Origin: Eubacterium sp.
GTDB lineage: Bacteria > Bacillota > Clostridia > Lachnospirales > Lachnospiraceae
Length of the DNA: 64,000 nucleotides
Assembly (NCBI GenBank): GCA_022764165.1
Contig: JALERM010000155.1
Coordinates: 12 to 64,011 of the forward strand
Reading direction: 5' to 3'
Positions 7,562 to 17,587 of this stretch are shown here, piece by piece. A model generated the notes under the pieces. That model worked only from the letters and a program-made list of their open reading frames with translations. It made no database searches and was not told the origin of the DNA. Position numbers and translations under genes: made by a program. Position 1 is the first letter of the stretch, and every line of letters starts with the position of its first letter.

Positions 7562-8875
7562 ATGAGGAGGTATTCTATGGAATTTACTGGTTGGCAACTG
7601 ATCTGGCTGTTCTTTTGTTATTCTTTTCTGGGCTGGGTTCTGGAGACTGTATCTTCTGCCATTCGGCAGAAACGTTTTGTAAACCGGGGATTGATTAATG
7701 GTCCTTTCTGTGTGCTTTACGGAACTGCCGCTGTGATCATGACGGTGGTACTGGGAGAATTGCATGGTTTCTGGCTGTTTGTGGGCTGTCTGATACTCAG
7801 TACCTTGCTGGAATGGACGGCAGGTCATTTGATTGAAAAGATGTATCATGAGACCTGGTGGGATTATTCCGGTGTCCGCTGGAATCTGGACGGTTATATC
7901 TGTCTGTCCATGTCTCTTTTGTGGGGTGTTTTGGGATTTGCGGCACTGAACTGGGGCAACACACTTTTGCTGGCATTGTTTCAGATGCTTCCGGCACTGG
8001 CAGGCAAAGTACTGAATATCATTCTGCTTTTGATTTTGGGAGTGGATGTGCTGGCTACCCTGATGATTCTTTCCGGAAGAAGCAGAAGAATCCAGCAGTG
8101 GGAGGCAGCAGATGCATGGCTGACCGGAATCAGTTCCGGGCTGCAGAAAAAGATATACACGGGAGTGGACCGGCGTCTGCAGCGGGCTTATCCGAAAAAA
8201 CAGAGATTAGCTGCGGAAGAAAAGGATAAAACGGTATTTGCATCAGGATGTGATTTTTACAAAATCGCATGCCTGTTTTTGATCGGTGCATTTCTGGGCG
8301 ATATAACGGAAACCATATTCTGCAGAATTACGGCAGGTGTCTGGATGAGCCGCAGCAGTGTAGTGTGGGGACCGTTCAGTATTGTCTGGGGACTGGCCAT
8401 TGCCGCTGCTACACTCCTTCTTTACAAATACAAAGACAGCAGTGACGGATTCATTTTCCTGGTGGGAACTCTGCTGGGCGGTGCTTATGAATATGTCTGC
8501 AGTGTATTTACGGAAATTGTTTTCGGAACTGTTTTCTGGGATTACAGCCAGATTCCCTTTAACCTTGGGGGAAGAATCAATCTTCTATACTGCTTTTTCT
8601 GGGGTATTGCCGCAGTCGTGTGGATCAAGAAGCTGTATCCTGTGTTTTCAGGATTGATTGAGAAAATACCAGTCAAAACTGGAAAAATAATGACCTGGAT
8701 TCTGATTGCTTTTATGAGCTGCAACATCATTGTCTCCTGTATGGCTCTGGTTCGTTATAACCAGAGAAGCAATGGTATTCCGGCTGATTCCGGCTGGCAG
8801 AAGGTGATGGATGAAAGATTTGATGATGCTCGCATGGAACATATTTATCCCAATGCACTGAAAGTAAATGAGTAG
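7562..8875 (+). CDS. Putative ABC-transporter permease (CmpB/DUF1113-like), tandem two-domain form
   Basis: Two copies of the GW..E / P...YG / WDYS / CL..S..WG pattern. Confidence 0.8.
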   Translation: MRRYSMEFTGWQLIWLFFCYSFLGWVLETVSSAIRQKRFVNRGLINGPFCVLYGTAAVIMTVVLGELHGFWLFVGCLILSTLLEWTAGHLIEKMYHETWWDYSGVRWNLDGYICLSMSLLWGVLGFAALNWGNTLLLALFQMLPALAGKVLNIILLLILGVDVLATLMILSGRSRRIQQWEAADAWLTGISSGLQKKIYTGVDRRLQRAYPKKQRLAAEEKDKTVFASGCDFYKIACLFLIGAFLGDITETIFCRITAGVWMSRSSVVWGPFSIVWGLAIAAATLLLYKYKDSSDGFIFLVGTLLGGAYEYVCSVFTEIVFGTVFWDYSQIPFNLGGRINLLYCFFWGIAAVVWIKKLYPVFSGLIEKIPVKTGKIMTWILIAFMSCNIIVSCMALVRYNQRSNGIPADSGWQKVMDERFDDARMEHIYPNALKVNE

Positions 8876-9183
8876 ATCTCTTTCATATTTCGCACTATAA
8901 AACTCGAATCTTATCAAAGAATGCATGCGAAAGAGGAAAATCATACATAAATGAAAATAAAAAGAATGTGCTGTCAATAAAAAAAGAAAATTAAAATAAA
9001 AAAGCTGGTATTGTCTGAAAACATAAAAAGAAGCCGTACGAAAAAGAACAATTTGTGTAAAGATATCTTGATTTGGAGAATGATTGACTTTATAATACAA
9101 GTATCATTTGGAACACAGAATTGAACAAGGGCCCGCTGATTCCAAACGAGGAAAGTAATGTGAGGTAAGATGGAGGAGTCAAG

Positions 9184-9981
9184 ATGGAAAAATTAAATAT
9201 TGCTATCGCAGATGATAATGAGAGAATGGTAAATCTGTTGGGAACATTAATCAGGGATGACAGCGAATTGGAATTAGTGGGACAGGCGGACAACGGCAAG
9301 GATATCTACGATATTATCAAGGAAAAAGAACCCGATGTTGTACTGTTGGACATTATCATGCCGAAGGTTGACGGATTGACTGTTATGGAAAGAGTAAATC
9401 AGGACAGCAGTATGAAAAAACATCCCGCATTTATCGTGATTTCTGCTGTGGGGCAGGAACAGATCACAGAGGATGCATTTAATCTTGGAGCATGCTATTA
9501 TATCATGAAACCATTTGATAATGAACTGATACTGAACCGGATTAAGCATTTCAGAGATAACAGAACCCGAAGACCAGGAGCAATCCGGAAGCCGGAAGTG
9601 CAGGACTTTTCCGTTGAACTGAAAAACAGAAACTTGGAGATGGATGTCACCAGCATTATTCATGAAATTGGTGTTCCGGCTCATATCAAAGGATATCAGT
9701 ATCTGAGAGATGCCATCATTATGTCTGTGGAAGATATGGAAATGTTGAATTCCATTACAAAAATTTTATACCCGACAATCGCAAAGAAGCATCAGACGAC
9801 CCCGAGCAGGGTAGAAAGGGCAATCCGCCATGCTATCGAGGTGGCCTGGAGCAGGGGAAAAATGGATACAATTGATGAACTTTTTGGATATACCGTCAGC
9901 ACGGGAAAAGGAAAACCGACGAATTCCGAATTTGTTGCCCTGATTGCAGATAAAATTCGCCTGGAATATAAAAATGCATAA
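9184..9981 (+). CDS. spo0A: Sporulation master regulator Spo0A
   Basis: Receiver domain plus [33 protein letters not shown] and KPTNSEF. Confidence 0.98.
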   Translation: MEKLNIAIADDNERMVNLLGTLIRDDSELELVGQADNGKDIYDIIKEKEPDVVLLDIIMPKVDGLTVMERVNQDSSMKKHPAFIVISAVGQEQITEDAFNLGACYYIMKPFDNELILNRIKHFRDNRTRRPGAIRKPEVQDFSVELKNRNLEMDVTSIIHEIGVPAHIKGYQYLRDAIIMSVEDMEMLNSITKILYPTIAKKHQTTPSRVERAIRHAIEVAWSRGKMDTIDELFGYTVSTGKGKPTNSEFVALIADKIRLEYKNA

Positions 9982-10072
9982 AGAAATGCATATAACTCTT
10001 TTCTTTTTGGATAAAATGCAGTATAATATCTATTAGAAATTTTTCAGAAATAATTCAGGAGGTTCTATACGC

Positions 10073-11518
10073 ATGAAAAAGGTGTTATATGTTGCATCTG
10101 AATCAGTACCATTTATCAAAACCGGCGGTCTGGCAGATGTTGTGGGTTCATTGCCCAAGTGTTTTCCGAAGGAACATTTTGATGTTCGGGTTATTATACC
10201 GAAATATGCATGTATGAAGCAGCAGTTCAAAGACAGTCTGCGTTATGTTACTAATTTTTATATGTCCATGAACTGGAGACAGCAGTATGTGGGTATTTTT
10301 GAGACAGAGTACGATGGAATCAAGTTCTATTTTATTGACAACGAAGAACATTTTGGCGGAGACAAACCATATTATGGAATGCCGAATGATCTGGAGAAAT
10401 TTGCATTTTTCTCAAAAGCAGCACTTTCCATCCTTCCGGTAATTAATTTCAGACCTGATATTATTCACTGTCATGACTGGCAGACTGGTCTGGTTCCGGT
10501 ATATCTGAAAGAACGTTTCCAGGCAAGTGATTTTTACCGTGGAATTAAAACTGTTATGACCATACATAATCTGAAGTTTCAGGGTGTGTATGATATCAAG
10601 ACAATCAAGAGTATTACTGGTTTGTCTGATTATTTCTTTACTCCGGATAAACTGGAGATGAACAAAGATGCCAACTACCTGAAAGGTGGTCTGGTTTATG
10701 CAGATGCGATCACAACGGTAAGTAATACTTATGCAGAAGAAATCAAGACCCCATTCTATGGTGAGAATCTGGATGGCCTTATGTGTGCAAGATCTAACAG
10801 TCTTCGCGGTATAGTGAATGGTATTGACTATGATGAGTATAATCCGGAGACGGATTCGATGATCGCGCAGAACTACTCAGCCAGAACTTTCCGCAAAGAA
10901 AAAGTAAAGAACAAACTTGCACTGCAGTCAGAATTGGGTCTTGATGTGGATCCAAAAGTGATGATGATTGGTATCGTTTCCCGTCTGACAGATCAGAAAG
11001 GATTCGATCTGATCTCCTATATGATGGATGAGATGTGTCAGGACAGCATTCAGCTTGTCGTTCTGGGTACCGGTGATGAGAAGTATGAGAATATGTTCCG
11101 TCATTTTGCATGGAAATACGATAAAAAAGTTTCTGCAAATATTTATTATTCAGAAGCTTTGTCTCATAAAATCTATGCAGCTTCTGATGCATTCCTGATG
11201 CCTTCTCTGTTCGAGCCGTGTGGACTGAGTCAGCTGATGAGCCTTCGTTACGGAACAGTTCCGATCGTGCGTGAGACCGGTGGACTGAAAGATACTGTTC
11301 AGCCGTACAATGAATTTGAAGGAACCGGAACAGGTTTCAGCTTTACTAATTACAATGCACATGAGATGCTTGGAACTATTCGTTATGCAGAACGTATTTT
11401 CTATGATCGTAAACGTGAATGGAATAAGATTGTAGACCGCGGAATGGCTAAGGATTATTCCTGGGGCAATTCAGCAAAACAATACGAAGAAATGTATAAC
11501 TGGCTTGCAGGATTTTAG
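10073..11518 (+). CDS. glgA: Glycogen synthase
   Basis: KTGGLADV, HCHDWQTG, PSLFEPCGLSQL, RETGGLKDTV. Confidence 0.97.
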   Translation: MKKVLYVASESVPFIKTGGLADVVGSLPKCFPKEHFDVRVIIPKYACMKQQFKDSLRYVTNFYMSMNWRQQYVGIFETEYDGIKFYFIDNEEHFGGDKPYYGMPNDLEKFAFFSKAALSILPVINFRPDIIHCHDWQTGLVPVYLKERFQASDFYRGIKTVMTIHNLKFQGVYDIKTIKSITGLSDYFFTPDKLEMNKDANYLKGGLVYADAITTVSNTYAEEIKTPFYGENLDGLMCARSNSLRGIVNGIDYDEYNPETDSMIAQNYSARTFRKEKVKNKLALQSELGLDVDPKVMMIGIVSRLTDQKGFDLISYMMDEMCQDSIQLVVLGTGDEKYENMFRHFAWKYDKKVSANIYYSEALSHKIYAASDAFLMPSLFEPCGLSQLMSLRYGTVPIVRETGGLKDTVQPYNEFEGTGTGFSFTNYNAHEMLGTIRYAERIFYDRKREWNKIVDRGMAKDYSWGNSAKQYEEMYNWLAGF

Positions 11519-11545
11519 GATTGCAATATGATCGTGTTATGTGAA

Positions 11546-11587
11546 GTATGACGCGAACATCACAGTAAGTACGCCCCGGCGTACTTG
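11546..11587. repeat. Dispersed hairpin repeat, family H, copy 2 (diverged)
   Basis: GTATGACGCGAACATCACAGTAAGTACGCCCCGGCGTACTTG. Stem AAGTACGCC/GGCGTACTT is conserved. Confidence 0.75.
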
Positions 11588-11714
11588 ACTTAAAAAAGAT
11601 TGCCGGAGAGCAGTGTATGCGATAAAAAGCGTACACTGCCGAAGTGCCGGCAGATATTCAGCCTTTCTGCTCCGGTATTCGCCGGAAAATTCCCTGATGA
11701 TAAGTAAAATAATG

Positions 11715-11768
11715 TTGACAAGCAGACAAAAGTGTAATACTATGTTATTAGAAACGAACATAAGTTCG
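11715..11768 (+). promoter_or_regulatory. recA sigmaA promoter and LexA (Cheo) box
   Basis: -35 TTGACA 11715-11720, 17-bp spacer, -10 TACTAT 11738-11743. CGAAC-ATAA-GTTCG at 11755-11768 matches the Firmicutes GAAC-N4-GTTC SOS box. Confidence 0.88.
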
Positions 11769-11785
11769 TTATAAAGGAGAATATT

Positions 11786-12844
11786 ATGGTTAAAGAAGAT
11801 AAATTAAAAGCGTTGGATGCAGCTTTGGGACAGATTGAAAAACAGTTTGGAAAAGGTTCTGTGATGAAACTGGGAGATTCCGGAAAGGACATGAATGTGC
11901 AGACAGTTCCCACCGGTTCCCTCAGTCTGGATCTTGCACTGGGTCTGGGAGGAGTTCCAAGGGGAAGGATTATTGAAATTTATGGTCCTGAGTCCAGTGG
12001 TAAAACAACAGTTGCCCTGCATATGGTGGCAGAAGTACAGAAGAGGGGCGGTATTGCAGGCTTTATTGATGCGGAGCATGCGCTGGATCCCGTGTATGCG
12101 AAGAATATTGGAGTGGATATTGACGAACTTTATATTTCGCAGCCGGATAACGGTGAGCAGGCACTGGAGATTACCGAGACGATGGTACGTTCCGGTGCGG
12201 TTGATATCATTATCGTAGACTCTGTAGCGGCACTGGTACCGAAGGCAGAGATTGAAGGAGAGATGGGAGATTCCCATATGGGACTTCAGGCAAGATTGAT
12301 GTCCCAGGCTCTGAGAAAACTGACAGGTGTGGTAAGCAAGTCCAACTGTATTGTCATATTTATCAATCAGCTTCGTGAAAAACTGGGCGTTATGTTTGGC
12401 AATCCCGAGACAACGACGGGAGGCCGTGCCCTGAAGTTCTATGCATCTGTACGAATGGATGTAAGAAGGGTGGAAGCTTTGAAACAGGGCGGTGAGGTCA
12501 TTGGTAACCGCACGAAAATCAAAGTCGTGAAGAATAAGGTGGCACCTCCATTTAAAGAGGCAGAGTTTGACATTATGTTCGGGAAGGGTATCTCAAAAGA
12601 GAGTGATATTCTGGATCTGGCAGTAAAAGTGGGAATCGTTCAGAAAAGCGGTGCCTGGTTTGCCTATAATAACGGAAAAATCGGTCAGGGACGTGAGAAT
12701 GCCAAGATTTATCTGAAAGAGAACCCGGAAGTGGCAGAAGAAATCGAGCAGAAAGTAAGAGCACATTTTGGATTGGAAGCTTCCGAACAGAGTGTGGAAC
12801 CGGAAACTCCTATTCTGCCTCCTGAAAGCGATCCGGAAGTATGA
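11786..12844 (+). CDS. recA: Recombinase RecA
   Basis: [38 protein letters not shown]. Confidence 0.99.
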   Translation: MVKEDKLKALDAALGQIEKQFGKGSVMKLGDSGKDMNVQTVPTGSLSLDLALGLGGVPRGRIIEIYGPESSGKTTVALHMVAEVQKRGGIAGFIDAEHALDPVYAKNIGVDIDELYISQPDNGEQALEITETMVRSGAVDIIIVDSVAALVPKAEIEGEMGDSHMGLQARLMSQALRKLTGVVSKSNCIVIFINQLREKLGVMFGNPETTTGGRALKFYASVRMDVRRVEALKQGGEVIGNRTKIKVVKNKVAPPFKEAEFDIMFGKGISKESDILDLAVKVGIVQKSGAWFAYNNGKIGQGRENAKIYLKENPEVAEEIEQKVRAHFGLEASEQSVEPETPILPPESDPEV

Positions 12845-13476
12845 TGATTACGGAGATACTTCCTGTGACGAAACAAAAGTATCGAGTGGTGACAGATGAA
12901 CAGCTTGCCTTTATTTTGTATAAGGGTGAGCTGTCACATTATCATCTGCAGGCAGGGAGAGAACTGACGGAGCAGGAATTTCGTACGATTCAGGAAGAGG
13001 TGCTGATAAAAAGGGCGAAGCTTCGTGCCATGCATCTGCTTACAGCCAGAGATTACACGGAGCTTCAGCTGAGGAATAAACTGGAACAGGGGGAATACAC
13101 ACAGGAAGCAGTAGAGACTGCCATAGAATATGTGCGTTCCTGGCATTATCTGGATGACCAGCGTTATATGGAACAGTATCTGAGCGGGTTCTCCGGGAAT
13201 AAAAGCAGAAGACAGCGAGAACAGGAACTGCAGCAGAAAGGAATCTCCAAAGAGATGATAGCCGCTTTTCGCCAAAAACAGGAAGACATCGGAGAAACTC
13301 AGGATGAGACGGAAATGATCCTGGAGCTTTTGAGAAAAAGGTGCAGGGATCCCCGGAGTGCGGATGAAAAAGAAAAAAGAAGACATTATGCATATTTGAT
13401 GAGAAAAGGCTTTGATTCCGGTGATATACGCAGAGCATGGGAACAATTCTTTACCACAGCTTATCATATTTCATAA
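12841..13476 (+). CDS. recX: Regulatory protein RecX
   Basis: [33 protein letters not shown]-coupled to recA. Confidence 0.9.
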   Translation: MMITEILPVTKQKYRVVTDEQLAFILYKGELSHYHLQAGRELTEQEFRTIQEEVLIKRAKLRAMHLLTARDYTELQLRNKLEQGEYTQEAVETAIEYVRSWHYLDDQRYMEQYLSGFSGNKSRRQREQELQQKGISKEMIAAFRQKQEDIGETQDETEMILELLRKRCRDPRSADEKEKRRHYAYLMRKGFDSGDIRRAWEQFFTTAYHIS

Positions 13477-13569
13477 AAAGAAGATGGAATCCGTTGACAA
13501 ATTCGTCAAATCATTATAAAATTATAACGTTGTAATCGTACAATGAAAATTGAATAAGGAGGTGCTCCT

Positions 13570-15141
13570 ATGGCAAATGCAATAGTAATGTATGTTATCA
13601 TTGCACTTGTTGCTGTAGTCATCACGCTGCTGATTGCGGTTCCTGTGACTTGCAAAATTGCGGTGGCCAACAAAGTGAAGCAGGATGCTGAAAAAGTTGG
13701 TACGGCAGAGGAAAAAGCAAGAAACATCATAGATGAAGCCTTGAAAACGGCTGAAACTAAGAAACGCGAAGCTCTTCTGGAAGCGAAGGAAGAATCTCTG
13801 AAGACGAAAAATGAATTGGAGAAGGAAACCAGAGAGAGAAGGAATGAACTGCAGAAGTACGAGAAACGTGTGTTGGCGAAAGAGGAATCCGTAGATCGGA
13901 AAGCAGACGCGATCGAGAAGAAAGAAGCAGAGTATACAGCAAAAGAAGCAGAATTAAAGAAGAAAGAAAAAAGGGTTGGCGAATTACATGACCAGGGAGT
14001 ACAGGAACTTGAGAGAATCTCAGGTCTGACCTCCGAACAGGCAAAGGAATGTCTTTTAAAATCTGTTGAAGATGAAGTGAAAATCGATACCGCAAAACTC
14101 TACAAAGAGCTGGAAGCAAGAGCAAGAGAAGATGCCGCCAAGAAAGCGAAAGAGTATGTTGTGACTGCAATTCAGAAGTGTGCGGTAGATCATGTGTCTG
14201 AGACAACTATTTCCGTAGTTCAGCTGCCCAGCGATGAGATGAAAGGAAGAATCATCGGACGTGAAGGCCGTAACATCCGTACACTTGAGACCTTGACGGG
14301 TGTGGATCTGATTATTGATGATACTCCGGAAGCAGTCGTTCTTTCCGGATTTGACCCGATTCGTCGTGAAGTGGCAAGAATTGCACTTGAAAAACTGATC
14401 GTGGACGGAAGAATTCATCCGGCTCGTATCGAGGAGATGGTAGAAAAGGCACAGCGTGAAGTAGAAACCATGATTCGTGAAGAAGGAGAGAATGCTGCTC
14501 TGGAAGTAGGTGTTCATGGCATCCATCCGGAACTGATCCGGCTTCTCGGAAGAATGAAGTTCCGTTCCAGCTATGGACAGAATGCATTGAAACATTCCAT
14601 CGAAGTGGCACAGTTGTCAGGTCTTCTGGCTGCTGAAGTGGGAACGGACGTACGCATGGCAAAGCGTGCCGGATTGTTACATGATATTGGAAAGTCTATT
14701 GACCATGAGGTGGAAGGCTCCCATATTCAGATCGGCGTAGATCTCTGCAGAAAGTACAAGGAATCTCCGCTGGTTATCAATGCCGTTGAGGCACATCATG
14801 GAGATGTAGAACCGCAGTCTCTGATCGCATGTCTGGTGCAGGCAGCGGATGCTATTTCGGCTGCAAGACCGGGTGCAAGAAGAGAAACACTGGAAACATA
14901 CACCAACAGATTGAAACAGTTAGAAGATATTACCAACTCCTTCAAAGGAGTAGACAAATCCTATGCTATTCAGGCAGGACGTGAGGTTCGTATCATGGTA
15001 TTACCGGATCATGTGAATGATTCAGACATGGTATTACTTGCAAGAGATATTTCGAAACAGATTGAAGCTGAACTGGAATATCCTGGACAGATAAAAGTCA
15101 ATGTAATCAGAGAAAGCAGGGTTATTGATTACGCAAAGTAG
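13570..15141 (+). CDS. rny: Ribonuclease Y
   Basis: N-terminal TM, coiled coil, KH ([14 protein letters not shown]), HD (LLHDIGK), [12 protein letters not shown]. Confidence 0.98.
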   Translation: MANAIVMYVIIALVAVVITLLIAVPVTCKIAVANKVKQDAEKVGTAEEKARNIIDEALKTAETKKREALLEAKEESLKTKNELEKETRERRNELQKYEKRVLAKEESVDRKADAIEKKEAEYTAKEAELKKKEKRVGELHDQGVQELERISGLTSEQAKECLLKSVEDEVKIDTAKLYKELEARAREDAAKKAKEYVVTAIQKCAVDHVSETTISVVQLPSDEMKGRIIGREGRNIRTLETLTGVDLIIDDTPEAVVLSGFDPIRREVARIALEKLIVDGRIHPARIEEMVEKAQREVETMIREEGENAALEVGVHGIHPELIRLLGRMKFRSSYGQNALKHSIEVAQLSGLLAAEVGTDVRMAKRAGLLHDIGKSIDHEVEGSHIQIGVDLCRKYKESPLVINAVEAHHGDVEPQSLIACLVQAADAISAARPGARRETLETYTNRLKQLEDITNSFKGVDKSYAIQAGREVRIMVLPDHVNDSDMVLLARDISKQIEAELEYPGQIKVNVIRESRVIDYAK

Positions 15142-15167
15142 ATCTGCTTCCTCTAAACTCAACAATA

Positions 15168-15199
15168 AGGCGGGGGCGAAGGTCCCCGCTGTTTCTTTA
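15168..15199 (+). terminator. Intrinsic terminator after rny
   Basis: GGCGGGGGC-GAAG-GTCCCCGCT followed by GTTTCTTT. Confidence 0.7.
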
Positions 15200-15235
15200 T
15201 ATTACAGGAAAGTCCTCTGATTTTCCTGTAATATA
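15198..15235. repeat. TATTACA-N-GAAAGTCC palindrome, copy 1
   Basis: 14-bp IR TATATTACAGGAAA/TTTCCTGTAATATA. Core shared with 40741-40781. Confidence 0.55.
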
Positions 15236-15277
15236 AAAAGCCCTCAGACAGGATTCTTTTTAGATGATAGGAAGTAT

Positions 15278-16078
15278 ATGAGATATAAAGTTAAGGTTCG
15301 AAGCTACCGACTGACAAGTCATAAAATACAGCAAAACAAACGTGTGCGAATAGCATTTTTATCTGATGCCCATAATCGGGTATGGGATGAAGAAGGGAGA
15401 TGTATCCTGAATTTATTGGAAAAAAATCAACCGGATCTGGTTCTGATTGGCGGAGACATGATTGTAGGACAGAAGGACACTGATGTACGCAGAACAGCGG
15501 ATTTTATCAGACAATTATCGGAGCGGTACCCGGTGTATTATGCGGACGGCAATCATGAGCAGAGAATCAGGATGCAGCCGCAGGAGTTTGGTTCCATGTA
15601 TGAAGAGTATAACAAGCTGTTGGATAAGACGGATGTTGTCCGTATCCGCAACCAGAAAATACGATTAGAGATAAAAGATGTTTCTCTGACAATCTATGGT
15701 CTTGATCCCGAGCGCAGGTTTTATAACAGAGGAAGAGAAGAGACGGGAATGTACCAGGAACTGGAGAACATCTTTGGAAAGCCGGAGAACGACAGTTTCA
15801 CAGTTCTTCTTTCTCATACACCGAGGTATTTTAATGAATACAGGCAATGGTCACCGGATCTGACATTGTCCGGTCATTATCACGGAGGTGTTATGCTGCT
15901 GAATCAAAAGGTAGGGGTGATTGCTCCGGATTACCGCCTGTTTTCGCCCTATTGCTGCGGGCTTCATGGTGATGAGAAATCCAGAATGATTGTAAGTGCC
16001 GGACTGGGAGAGCATACCATACCGCTTCGGATTCACAATCCGAGAGAATTGACCATTATTGATATAGAAGGAGTGTGA
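15278..16078 (+). CDS. Calcineurin-like metallophosphoesterase (YkuE-like)
   Basis: D.H, GGD, GNHE, H, GHYHGG motifs. Confidence 0.88.
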   Translation: MRYKVKVRSYRLTSHKIQQNKRVRIAFLSDAHNRVWDEEGRCILNLLEKNQPDLVLIGGDMIVGQKDTDVRRTADFIRQLSERYPVYYADGNHEQRIRMQPQEFGSMYEEYNKLLDKTDVVRIRNQKIRLEIKDVSLTIYGLDPERRFYNRGREETGMYQELENIFGKPENDSFTVLLSHTPRYFNEYRQWSPDLTLSGHYHGGVMLLNQKVGVIAPDYRLFSPYCCGLHGDEKSRMIVSAGLGEHTIPLRIHNPRELTIIDIEGV

Positions 16079-16082
16079 AGTT

Positions 16083-16898
16083 ATGGGAATACCCGTAAAA
16101 CTTCAGGTGTTTGAAGGCCCCCTGGATCTGCTGTTACATCTGATTGAAAAAAACAAGATTGATATTTACGATATTCCAATTGTTGAAATCACGGATCAGT
16201 ACATGGATTATATTCAGCAGATGCAGAGGGAAGATCTGAATATTATGAGCGAATTCATGGTAATGGCAGCCACTCTTATAGATATCAAGTGCAGGATGCT
16301 GCTCCCCAAAGAGGTTAATGAAGAAGGGGAAGAGGCGGATCCCAGAGAAGAACTTGTACAGAAACTTTTGGAATATAAGATGTATAAGTATATGTCTTAT
16401 GAGCTTCGTGATCGAATGGCTGACGCATCCAGGTGTGTTTATAAAGAAAGTACAATGCCTAAAGAGGTATTGGAATATCGGCCGCCTGTGAGTGTGGAAG
16501 ACCTCCTGGGAGATCTGACACTTGCAAAACTGCAGGAAATCTATCGGTCAATCATAAAAAAACAGGAAGATAAACTGGATCCCATACGGAGCAAATTTGG
16601 AAAAATTGAGAAGGAAGAGATCAGTCTGGAAGATAAGATGACGGATATGAAGCGATATGCCAGGACTCATCGGGAATTTTCTTTTCGTGGTATACTGGAA
16701 AAGCAGGCCAGTAAGATTCAGGTGATTGTGACATTTCTTTCTATTCTTGAATTGATGAAAATCGGCTATATTCAGATCTGTCAGGAAAAGTTATTTGATG
16801 ATATTAAGATTACTTCACTGAAATACGGACAGCCGGAAGAGGAAGAAGTGGAGGAAGAACAACAGACAGGTGAGGAACAGGCAGATGAAACAGATTGA
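16083..16898 (+). CDS. scpA: Segregation and condensation protein A
   Basis: FEGPLDLLLHLI, IYDIPI, FLSILELMK. Confidence 0.96.
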   Translation: MGIPVKLQVFEGPLDLLLHLIEKNKIDIYDIPIVEITDQYMDYIQQMQREDLNIMSEFMVMAATLIDIKCRMLLPKEVNEEGEEADPREELVQKLLEYKMYKYMSYELRDRMADASRCVYKESTMPKEVLEYRPPVSVEDLLGDLTLAKLQEIYRSIIKKQEDKLDPIRSKFGKIEKEEISLEDKMTDMKRYARTHREFSFRGILEKQASKIQVIVTFLSILELMKIGYIQICQEKLFDDIKITSLKYGQPEEEEVEEEQQTGEEQADETD

Positions 16899-17448
16899 GG
16901 CAGCCATTGAGGCTATTTTATTTTCAGCCGGAGAATCGGTGGAAGTTGGCCGGATTGCCAAAGCCATTGGACATGATGCGGCGACAACAGAGAAGATTAT
17001 CCGGAATATGATGTTGAAATATCAGGCAGAAGATAGGGGAATCAAGATTATAGAGCTGGAAAATGCATTTCAGATGTGTACCAAACAGGAGTATTATGAA
17101 TATCTGGTGGAAATTGCCCTTCAGCCGAAAAAAGCGGTACTGACAGATGTCATGCTGGAAACATTGTCTATTATCGCATACAAACAGCCTGTAACAAAAC
17201 AGGAAATAGAGAAGATCCGCGGCGTCAAATGCGACCATGCGATCAATAAACTGGTGGAATATAATCTGGTTCAGGAGTTGGGAAGACTGGATGCGCCGGG
17301 ACGCCCTCTTCTTTTTGGAACAACAGAAGAATTTCTTAGAAATTTCGGCGTGCAGTCTACGGAAGATCTCCCGGTCATCAATCCGGTAAAATTGGAAGAT
17401 TTTAAGGCAGAGGCAGAAGAAGAAGTCCAGATGAAACTGGACATTTAG
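16885..17448 (+). CDS. scpB: Segregation and condensation protein B
   Basis: IEAILF, LETLSIIAYKQPVTKQEIEKIRGV, GRP.LFGTT. Start placed at ATG 16885 after GAGGA. Confidence 0.95.
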   Translation: MKQIEAAIEAILFSAGESVEVGRIAKAIGHDAATTEKIIRNMMLKYQAEDRGIKIIELENAFQMCTKQEYYEYLVEIALQPKKAVLTDVMLETLSIIAYKQPVTKQEIEKIRGVKCDHAINKLVEYNLVQELGRLDAPGRPLLFGTTEEFLRNFGVQSTEDLPVINPVKLEDFKAEAEEEVQMKLDI

Positions 17449-17467
17449 GGTGCTCATCATCCCACAG

Positions 17468-17496
17468 GCATAAAAATCATAGATCTTTCATATAGT
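17468..17496 (+). promoter_or_regulatory. sigmaE-like promoter of the dacB-like gene
   Basis: GCATA-N16-CATATAGT. Confidence 0.55.
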
Positions 17497-17587
17497 TGTT
17501 ATACAGTATTGTTCACTTGCAGTTTTTCAGCATTTTGCTGGTTACGAAGTAAATAGTACGTTATACAATCATATGGAGGATACAGGT

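Noticed and set aside
8876-9183. Spo0A boxes or sigmaH promoter upstream of spo0A
   Set aside because: I could not identify a convincing TGNCGAA or sigmaH -35/-10 pair by eye.
9975-9990. TGCATAAAGAAATGCA palindrome after spo0A as an ARG box
   Set aside because: It has a 6-bp rather than 4-bp spacer, overlaps the spo0A stop, and the downstream gene (glgA) is unrelated.
13494-13509. TTGAC-N6-GTCAA over the rny -35 as a fourth TetR operator
   Set aside because: The spacing differs from the N5 sites and half of it is simply the TTGACA -35 element.
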